The position numbers and the translations under genes are program-made. Positions 1 to 4,969 of a stretch of DNA of 10,277 bases are shown piece by piece; position 1 is the stretch's first letter, and each line of letters starts with the position of its first letter. The notes below the pieces were generated by a model. That model was not told where the DNA came from. It searched no databases and saw only the letters and a list, made by a program, of their open reading frames with translations. This stretch comes from a virus (taxonomy: Duplodnaviria > Heunggongvirae > Uroviricota > Caudoviricetes), in IMG/VR virus record IMGVR_UViG_2671180454_000011; one strand, given 5' to 3'.

Positions 1-2
1 TT

Positions 3-320
3 CATCGTGCAGTTAAATACCTTCCACCAGCAGGCCATAACGGGCTTACTATTCGTTCACCGTTTCCTAGTGCAGTCGTTGTTTTTAAAAAAGAACCACG
101 TAAGCACGAAATTACACAGACGGTTTGCTGTGGTGACACGCTATTACCGTTAACCATCATTAACAGAGGAGGCTTGAGAGGAAGACCCACCATTTACCCA
201 CCTGAGACGCTCGACAGCTTCATAAAACTATACAGGCAAGGAAAACCCATTAAGTGCATTGCAGATGCTCTCAGAATGCCTCTGAGCACGTCATACAGGA
301 TTGCTCAAAGGTTGAGCTAA
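3..320 (+). CDS. 3' part of a gene entering from upstream of the window; product ends in a resolvase/invertase-type HTH DNA-binding motif
   Basis: Manual translation of + frame 3 gives 105 sense codons from the window edge to TAA 318-320 in AT-rich DNA (…TVCCGDTLLPLTIINRGGLRGRPTIYPPETLDSFIKLYRQGKPIKCIADALRMPLSTSYRIAQRLS*). Absent from the ORF track because it has no in-window start codon. The GRP-(linker)-…G.P…IA..L….STSYRI pattern matches the C-terminal DNA-binding domain of serine recombinases (Hin/Gin/Tn3 resolvase) from memory; residues before GRP do not obviously match a resolvase catalytic domain. Confidence 0.5.
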   Translation, partial: HRAVKYLPPAGHNGLTIRSPFPSAVVVFKKEPRKHEITQTVCCGDTLLPLTIINRGGLRGRPTIYPPETLDSFIKLYRQGKPIKCIADALRMPLSTSYRIAQRLS

Positions 321-411
321 AATTCTCATAAATATGGTCATTTACAAGATAGGTGATTCAGATATTAAGAAGTATCCCTGTGAACAATAAATGACCAATC
401 AGTAATTATTC

Positions 412-442
412 TGTGAAATAATTGTTGCAATTTATAATCACA
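412..442. promoter_or_regulatory. 31-bp imperfect palindrome TGTGAAATAATTGTTGCAATTTATAATCACA (perfect core AATTG-TTG-CAATT); candidate operator or recombination site; contains a perfect TATAAT hexamer at 433-438
   Basis: Read directly: TGTGA … TCACA outer arms and a perfect 13-bp central palindrome, inside the 380-bp non-coding gap between the HTH gene and the rep-like gene. Confidence 0.3.
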
Positions 443-519
443 TCTGTTATAGTTTTTATATGGGGTGATAAAAGAACTCAGAACATTAAGAGGTTACAAC
501 GTTGGGAGGCGTCAGGGTA

Positions 520-547
520 TTGACAGATTTTCACGGCCTCTTATTCA
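520..547 (+). promoter_or_regulatory. Putative sigma70-type promoter TTGACA-N16-TATTCA oriented toward the rep-like gene
   Basis: Perfect -35 hexamer TTGACA at 520-525, -10-like TATTCA at 542-547; about 150 bp upstream of ATG 703. The -10 is imperfect. Confidence 0.25.
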
Positions 548-702
548 ATCAAGGCTTTTCCTTTTGCTGTTAATACTCGCGTAATCGCTCAGGCTTCTGA
601 GTTCCTTTATCAGTCCATCTTCTAATTAATTCACTCCCTCTGGGGTTGGTCACTATACGTGGTCAGCCCTTTCTTTGTTTTATTTTTAAAAAGGAAAATA
701 TA

Positions 703-1656
703 ATGGAAAAATTCCACATGTTTGATGACCGTATTTATCAGATGACTAATGGCGTTAAAGCTGCCGACCGTATTATTTACACTGTCATGTTGAATGAACA
801 AAAGTTTTATCACGATAAGGGGCAATATTATACCCCTTCATATGCTCATCTTGGTCAGTATGCTGGAATCACAAGAACATCCGTGATTGCATGTATGAAA
901 CAACTTGAGGCACATGGTTTAATCAAGAAAACTAACGTTGCAAGCAATCAGTGTGTTATTAAAGTTTATTCACTTGATGAAGTACCGGAGGTTTTAACAG
1001 AGCTTACAGCTAAGGAAGCCAGAAAGGCAAAGCTGGAGTCTAAAGTTACTCAGTCAGTCAAGAAAGATGACCCACTGAGTCAAAATTCTTTACCCACTGA
1101 GTCAAAATTTTTTACTCAGTCAGTCAAAATCTTTGACACGTATAATAACAGTAATAACAAGAAAGAACTTATTAATAACAATAAAGAAGATGACTTTGAA
1201 GAAGAATATTTTAAGAAGGGAGCTTCGCTCTGTGATTCACATGAATGTGATTCTCTTGGTATTGAAGAGGCTATTAAAGAGACTGTTAAAACATCTGACT
1301 TAGATGACCTTGATAGTGAAGCTGCTAAAGAGGTCGTTAAAAAGGAAGATAAAATCTCTGATGTGATTGCTAGTAGTGACCATAAAAACACACAGTGCCC
1401 CGCCACTGATGATGAATTACCGGATGTTGACCTTGATGATGAAGAAGACCCTGAAAAGGAATTGAAACGTGAACAGCGTAAAGCAGAAATTAAAGAAAGA
1501 TTCAGAAATGCGAAGCTAAAGAACAAGGTTAGTGACCTCGATGACTTTGATGATAGTGACGATGATTTTACTTTTACACCAAAAAAGAAAACTCACACCG
1601 AGCCAAAGAAAGAAAAAGTTAAAGTCAGACGTGTTTATGGTGGAGGAATGTTTTAA
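703..1656 (+). CDS. Replication-initiator-like protein: N-terminal winged-helix/HTH-like domain (…YAHLGQYAGITRTSVIACMKQLEAHGLIKK…) followed by ~200 aa of acidic low-complexity sequence; iterons lie inside the gene
   Basis: ORF-track ORF 646..1656 (TTG start); ATG at 703 preferred because AAAGGAAAA lies 6-14 nt upstream. The N-terminal ~100 aa resemble wHTH DNA-binding domains of phage/plasmid initiators (lambda O-like or replisome-organizer-like) from memory; the rest is D/E/K-rich (DLDDLDSE, PDVDLDDEED, SDLDDFDDSDDDF). Functional call is inference from domain look and the internal iterons. Confidence 0.75.
   Translation: MEKFHMFDDRIYQMTNGVKAADRIIYTVMLNEQKFYHDKGQYYTPSYAHLGQYAGITRTSVIACMKQLEAHGLIKKTNVASNQCVIKVYSLDEVPEVLTELTAKEARKAKLESKVTQSVKKDDPLSQNSLPTESKFFTQSVKIFDTYNNSNNKKELINNNKEDDFEEEYFKKGASLCDSHECDSLGIEEAIKETVKTSDLDDLDSEAAKEVVKKEDKISDVIASSDHKNTQCPATDDELPDVDLDDEEDPEKELKREQRKAEIKERFRNAKLKNKVSDLDDFDDSDDDFTFTPKKKTHTEPKKEKVKVRRVYGGGMF
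1046..1133. repeat. Four tandem 22-bp iterons (A-B-B-A): TTACTCAGTCAGTCAAGAAAGA / TGACCCACTGAGTCAAAATTCT / TTACCCACTGAGTCAAAATTTT / TTACTCAGTCAGTCAAAATCTT
   Basis: Hexamer AGTCAA occurs at 1056, 1078, 1100, 1122 (exact 22-bp spacing, counted by hand). Units 1 and 4 are near-identical, as are units 2 and 3. Located within the rep-like ORF. Confidence 0.75.
1134..1200. other. AT-rich tract directly 3' of the iterons with three copies of TAATAACA (1143, 1152, 1173); candidate DNA-unwinding element of an intragenic origin
   Basis: Read directly; position relative to the iterons mirrors the ori-lambda layout (iterons followed by AT-rich region inside gene O). Confidence 0.4.
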
Positions 1657-1952
1657 TGAAAACTTATAATGGCGAGAGAAAATACCGTGACTATTTACTC
1701 AGACGTTACAGCATTTCTCGTGAAGGTTACTTGATGAAAGATACTCACGGGGAAGTTTACCGGATTCGACCGAAGAAAGAAGGGAGGGATTATTATTTCG
1801 TCGATGATGTGACAGATTTAAAGATTGACGCTTTGAAGTTTGCGGTGCTGTATCATTACGATTTATGGGATTCAGTCCACCAGCTACGATTAAAAGACGG
1901 TGACCCCGGTAATCTGAGGGCCACCAATATTATCAAGGGAAAGTGCCGGTAA
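1656..1952 (+). CDS. Hypothetical 98-aa protein, translationally coupled to the rep-like gene (TAATG overlap); faint resemblance to AP2/NUMOD4-HNH-like small phage proteins
   Basis: ORF track; ATG 1656 overlaps the rep TAA stop; GGTGGAGGA SD about 10 nt upstream. The motifs YSISREGYL and KDGDPGNLRATN loosely recall NUMOD4 and HNH segments, but the catalytic His placement does not fit, so this is not a confident call. Confidence 0.65.
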   Translation: MKTYNGERKYRDYLLRRYSISREGYLMKDTHGEVYRIRPKKEGRDYYFVDDVTDLKIDALKFAVLYHYDLWDSVHQLRLKDGDPGNLRATNIIKGKCR

Positions 1953-1961
1953 GGCCACCAG

Positions 1962-2138
1962 CTATTTATTTACTGAAATCTCTATCTCAACACGAAGAAG
2001 TTTAAGTCGAATTGTAAGCTTTGTCTTTTTTGTAATGACTCGATTCATAACGCAAAACACCAATAGCACAATAAATACCGCAAAGCCCAACGAGCTAAAA
2101 CGATGAGATTCAATAATTGCTGTGAAAAAATCATGCAT
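1962..2138 (-). CDS. Small single-pass membrane protein (58 aa: MHDFFTAIIESHRFSSLGFAVFIVLLVFCVMNRVITKKTKLTIRLKLLRVEIEISVNK)
   Basis: Minus-strand ORF 1962..2168 in the track (GTG start); the first ATG (plus 2136-2138) has AAGGA 7 nt upstream and a TTGTCA-N17-TACTAT promoter further upstream. One hydrophobic helix followed by a basic stretch. Lies convergent to the rep operon, with only 9 bp between the two stop codons. Confidence 0.45.
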   Translation of the reverse strand: MHDFFTAIIESHRFSSLGFAVFIVLLVFCVMNRVITKKTKLTIRLKLLRVEIEISVNK

Positions 2139-2188
2139 TAATTTTCCTTTTGTGAAAGGAAACAGCACCTGTATCAGCCCCTACAACC

Positions 2189-2217
2189 ATAGTATCATGT
2201 AAATGAGGTACTGACAA
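2189..2217 (-). promoter_or_regulatory. Putative promoter for the minus-strand small membrane-protein gene (TTGTCA-N17-TACTAT on the minus strand)
   Basis: Reverse complement of plus 2212-2217 (TGACAA) gives the -35 TTGTCA; reverse complement of plus 2189-2194 (ATAGTA) gives the -10 TACTAT; spacer is 17 nt. Confidence 0.3.
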
Positions 2218-2239
2218 TATGTTAAATAGATGTTAAGAT
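2211..2239 (+). promoter_or_regulatory. Putative promoter for the small-gene operon starting at 2276 (CTGACA-N17-TAAGAT); its -35 overlaps the -35 of the divergent minus-strand promoter
   Basis: Read directly: -35 at 2211-2216, -10 at 2234-2239, 17-nt spacer; ATG 2276 is ~30 nt downstream of the predicted start site. Confidence 0.3.
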
Positions 2240-2275
2240 TGTAGTATGAGTAAGAGATTTAAGGAGATTTTTACA

Positions 2276-2566
2276 ATGACTCACACAGTTACGCGCCTTT
2301 TGCCAGAGGCATTTGAACGACTGGCAGCAATCAAAGCCAAATATCCCGATATGAAGCACACAGCGCTTGTTGGGGAGATTTTAAAAGAGTCGGTAAACCT
2401 TAGCCCTTTCGATAACGTTAAGGGCGTCGCAGAGGGTTCTAAGGCCATCAGAATCACAACGGGCCAACTGGAACTACTCAAAGCACAGTCCGCAGTAGCA
2501 GGTTGCTCAATGATTCAGGTGTTAAGCGCTAAGGTCCATCAACTGGCGGATAGATTGGAGGTTTAA
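2276..2566 (+). CDS. Small DNA-binding protein with two consecutive ribbon-helix-helix-like segments (96 aa)
   Basis: ORF track 2246..2566; ATG 2276 preferred (AAGGAG SD 9 nt upstream). Segment 1 TVTRLLPEAFERLAAIKAKYPDMKHTALVGEILKESV and segment 2 IRITTGQLELLKAQSAVAGCSMIQVLSAKVHQLADRL each fit the RHH pattern of a beta-strand, helix, G-x-S/T-type turn and helix (Arc/CopG/MetJ-like), judged from memory. Confidence 0.7.
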   Translation: MTHTVTRLLPEAFERLAAIKAKYPDMKHTALVGEILKESVNLSPFDNVKGVAEGSKAIRITTGQLELLKAQSAVAGCSMIQVLSAKVHQLADRLEV

Positions 2567-2787
2567 TGTGTTATAGGTTCCAATATTCCACACTTGGCCG
2601 CCACCTAATCAGACAGAATTTAGCAGATGCTGAATTTGAAGATGTGACCCTCAAAGCAAACAAACGATTAAAACCCTCTCAAATCCACCAGCTTAAACAC
2701 GAATTAAAGCCACTGGTAATACTCGACTATAACGACCCTGAACAGCTTGAGCAGGGAATTAAGCTTATTTCTGAATGGGGTGCTTGA
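2566..2787 (+). CDS. Hypothetical 73-aa protein, translationally coupled (TAATG) to the RHH-like gene
   Basis: ORF track; ATG 2566 overlaps the upstream TAA stop; GGAGG SD at 2556-2560. Confidence 0.65.
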   Translation: MCYRFQYSTLGRHLIRQNLADAEFEDVTLKANKRLKPSQIHQLKHELKPLVILDYNDPEQLEQGIKLISEWGA

Positions 2788-3002
2788 TGAAAACTATCAC
2801 AGTACAACTTCAGACTAATAAAGCATTTCGTTATTTTGAAAACTTGCTTGAGTTATACGAAGGATGGGGAAGTATCCACGGCAAAGATGATATCTATCTT
2901 CACTTGTCAGCCCCTAACTATTCTCTGAAGACTCCGGTTAAGCAAAGCTGGTTAAAAGACTACGGTCACCAGATGGGGCTATTAGTCTCAGACTTGAGCT
3001 AA
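2787..3002 (+). CDS. Hypothetical 71-aa protein, start overlapping the upstream stop (TGATG); alternative start at ATG 2775
   Basis: ORF track 2775..3002; ATG 2787 overlaps the upstream TGA by 1 nt and has a G-rich SD-like stretch upstream; ATG 2775 lacks one. Confidence 0.6.
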   Translation: MKTITVQLQTNKAFRYFENLLELYEGWGSIHGKDDIYLHLSAPNYSLKTPVKQSWLKDYGHQMGLLVSDLS

Positions 3003-3044
3003 AAACAGCAAAACATATCTCTCAGGCTTTACCAGACGCACCAG

Positions 3045-3119
3045 AAACGTTTTTAAGCCCCTAATCAGGGTAACTTAGGGAATCGCCTTAAGTGGTCTAA
3101 AAAAGGGGTTAAAACGTCT
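3045..3119. promoter_or_regulatory. Nested inverted repeats in the 146-bp intergenic gap: AAACGTTTTTAAGCCCC (3045-3061) vs GGGGTTAAAACGT (3105-3117), enclosing hairpin CCCTAA-N10-TTAGGG (3058-3080)
   Basis: Read directly; AAACGTTT (3045-3052) is itself a perfect 8-bp palindrome. No classical GC stem plus U-run terminator is evident. Confidence 0.3.
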
Positions 3120-3148
3120 TAGAATGCGATACAGGAAGGATTTTAAAA

Positions 3149-3454
3149 ATGAATTACCCAATGCAAATTATGGTTGACCAAGAAACCATGAATTGGTTGA
3201 TTGACCTGAACAGGTCGGGCTTTAATATCTATTTCATGCATTGTTTTGAAGCGTCAACGTATATTGACAAGCATATAATCAACGAAATTAAACTTGGTGA
3301 CTATGTTCACAAGCTGGAAGTAACAGACCCATACAATAAGCGCTTTATCATTGAAGAGTGCAATCGACTTGATTTAAGCCCTGAGCAATTATTGAAGCTG
3401 AATGTATTCTTGACCTATCAGAATGAATTAAACCCTTACAGCGAGGTGATGTAA
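3149..3454 (+). CDS. Hypothetical 101-aa protein
   Basis: ORF track; ATG 3149 preceded by AGGAAGG. Confidence 0.7.
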   Translation: MNYPMQIMVDQETMNWLIDLNRSGFNIYFMHCFEASTYIDKHIINEIKLGDYVHKLEVTDPYNKRFIIEECNRLDLSPEQLLKLNVFLTYQNELNPYSEVM

Positions 3455-3531
3455 TGACACTCGTTATTCTCTGGATGACTTTAGGGTTATTTGTTGGTTG
3501 CTGGGTAGGTAATACGGTAAATAAGAATTGA
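3454..3531 (+). CDS. 25-aa hydrophobic micro-ORF (MTLVILWMTLGLFVGCWVGNTVNKN), translationally coupled (TAATG) to the 101-aa gene
   Basis: Not in the ORF track (too short). ATG 3454-3456 overlaps the upstream TAA stop; GAGGTG SD 5-10 nt upstream; product is one predicted TM helix. Manual translation to TGA 3529-3531. Confidence 0.4.
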   Translation: MTLVILWMTLGLFVGCWVGNTVNKN

Positions 3532-3650
3532 TGTTACCAATCTGTTAAAAAGCTGTTGACAAATAACCTTAAGCATGAGATGATGGTAATAGGGAAGAGC
3601 AACTCTTCCTGAATTAAACTATTAATCATTCTACATCAATGATAGTTATT

Positions 3651-3704
3651 CTGAAAGGTGCAATGCTTTTCGCTACATGACCTTTCAGGTTAGTCTGAGA
3701 GGTC
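3651..3704 (+). promoter_or_regulatory. Mutually exclusive stem-loops: CTGAAAGGT (3651-3659) or CTGAGAGGTC (3695-3704) can each pair with GACCTTTCAG (3679-3688); candidate RNA switch/attenuator-like element
   Basis: Read directly: a 9-bp perfect stem with 20-nt loop versus a 10-bp stem (1 mismatch) with 6-nt loop, sharing the central arm. Lies in a 398-bp non-coding region downstream of a TTGACA hexamer (3556-3561) and of hairpin GGAAGAG-caa-CTCTTCC (3593-3609). Confidence 0.35.
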
Positions 3705-3733
3705 ATCTCGAAAAGTACTCTTGTTCATTCGTT

Positions 3734-3755
3734 TGAATCCTTTTTGAATCCTTTA
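3734..3755. repeat. Tandem direct repeat TGAATCCTTTT / TGAATCCTTTA
   Basis: Read directly: two adjacent 11-bp units, 10 of 11 identical. Confidence 0.5.
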
Positions 3756-3784
3756 GATGTTTTAATTTCTTCACCTTATGAATG

Positions 3785-3810
3785 GCCCTTTATAAGAAAT
3801 TATCTAGGGC
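3785..3810. promoter_or_regulatory. Imperfect palindrome GCCCT-TTATAAGAAATTATCT-AGGGC about 120 bp upstream of the 236-aa gene; candidate operator
   Basis: Read directly: 5-bp perfect outer arms with partial inner symmetry (TATAA/TTAT). Confidence 0.25.
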
Positions 3811-3929
3811 TATTCAGCTTTTAAAAAGCATACTTGGCAAACCGCCTTTTAAGTCTCTTCTAAGTTTAGATAGGCTGTCAGGTGTGCTTTTTAAAAACTG
3901 AAACACTTCCGCTTAGAAGAGGAAAAGCA

Positions 3930-4640
3930 ATGACAAATGATATTTACATTAATGGCAAAGTGATTGATAGCTTCAGTGACTGGTCGCCACAGACTGAACA
4001 TCCAGCTATCACTATTCAGCGTAAAGAGCATGACAAGCGTATTGAGCTTGAGCAATCGCTAAAGATGTCACCAAAAACAACCATCTTTGTGTCTCCTGAG
4101 CCTCAAGAGATGCCTGATATTTGCAAGAGTGAAGCATTACTTGAGCTTGAAAAGAAATATTACCAACTGCTGAAAGAACAGCGCCTTAGATTAGATGACG
4201 CTTACAGCAAAGTTACCTTGATGCAATCAGCTATTGAGCCGTCAGAATTTGAGATTCAGGATGAATTGTCACAGAAACCATTTGTCTATTACCAATACGA
4301 AGATAATGATGGTTTTGGTACTTTTCAAGAAAACGTCGCAGCCGTGATTAGTAGTCTTCCTGCTGGACATCGAATTGTGAAGATGGTTAAGGCATCAAGA
4401 GGTGCTGGTCAGTTTATTTACATGACTAATAAGAGCGATGAAGAACTCGCTGAAATTGCTAGACAGAACATCTTGGCATCACGTAACAAGCAACTTGATA
4501 ATGTTAAGTTGTATCTCTCAAGAGAGCTTCAGGCTATGAAAGAGCTTGTGAAAGAATATGAAGATGCTAAGAAGATTGCTATGCAGGCTGATATTGAGCA
4601 GCTTACGAAGATTTCTAGCAAATATGCAAAGGCTATTTAA
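3930..4640 (+). CDS. Hypothetical 236-aa protein with a helical, charged (coiled-coil-like) C-terminal third
   Basis: ORF track 3882..4640 (GTG start); ATG 3930 preferred (AGAAGAGGA SD 7 nt upstream). No family recognised. Confidence 0.75.
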   Translation: MTNDIYINGKVIDSFSDWSPQTEHPAITIQRKEHDKRIELEQSLKMSPKTTIFVSPEPQEMPDICKSEALLELEKKYYQLLKEQRLRLDDAYSKVTLMQSAIEPSEFEIQDELSQKPFVYYQYEDNDGFGTFQENVAAVISSLPAGHRIVKMVKASRGAGQFIYMTNKSDEELAEIARQNILASRNKQLDNVKLYLSRELQAMKELVKEYEDAKKIAMQADIEQLTKISSKYAKAI

Positions 4641-4664
4641 TTAATAATTAAAAGGTGGTGGTGA

Positions 4665-4871
4665 ATGATTGATTTAACAGAACGCTATGAGCTTATTAAA
4701 GCAATTAGTGAACGATTGAAAGAACAACCCAACAAACCAAAACGAATCAAATCATTCACCTCCTCTAAGCAAAAGAATAGAATCAGGAAAATAGCTAAGT
4801 GGTGTCTTGATAAATTACCAAGTGATTGTCAGATTGTTGGTGAAGATGGTAATTATTATCTGGTTAGGTAA
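4665..4871 (+). CDS. Hypothetical 68-aa basic protein
   Basis: ORF track; AGGTGG SD 8 nt upstream of ATG 4665. Confidence 0.6.
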   Translation: MIDLTERYELIKAISERLKEQPNKPKRIKSFTSSKQKNRIRKIAKWCLDKLPSDCQIVGEDGNYYLVR

Positions 4872-4969
4872 CAAGATTGGTTGGGTGAAAATCTACGGGA
4901 GAGATTATCGAGTGATATCGGTAGTCTTTCCCTTTTTCGTATATGAACACTTAAAGAGGTGAAACATGA

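Noticed and set aside
2-193. Minus-strand 63-aa ORF at the left edge
   Set aside because: It is antisense to the + frame that encodes a recognisable HTH motif and reads as low-information sequence; likely a shadow ORF.
631-825. Minus-strand 64-aa ORF overlapping the start of the rep-like gene
   Set aside because: Antisense to the well-supported initiator N-terminal domain and its SD; no SD of its own noted.
1116-1526. Minus-strand 136-aa serine/leucine-rich ORF
   Set aside because: Mirror image of the acidic low-complexity coding region on the + strand; a typical antisense artefact of a repetitive coding sequence.
2281-2481. Minus-strand 66-aa ORF
   Set aside because: Fully antisense to the RHH-like gene, which has an SD and an RHH pattern.
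3578-3640. Short ORFs (5-13 aa) in the 398-bp non-coding region
   Set aside because: No properly spaced SD and immediate stops; the region is better explained as structured non-coding sequence.
4872-4969. Possible programmed frameshift extension of the 68-aa ORF upstream of the tape-measure gene (G/GT-like chaperone)
   Set aside because: No slippery heptamer at the 3' end of the ORF; the -1 frame closes after 5 codons and only the +1 frame stays open for ~30 codons, which is not the classical arrangement.
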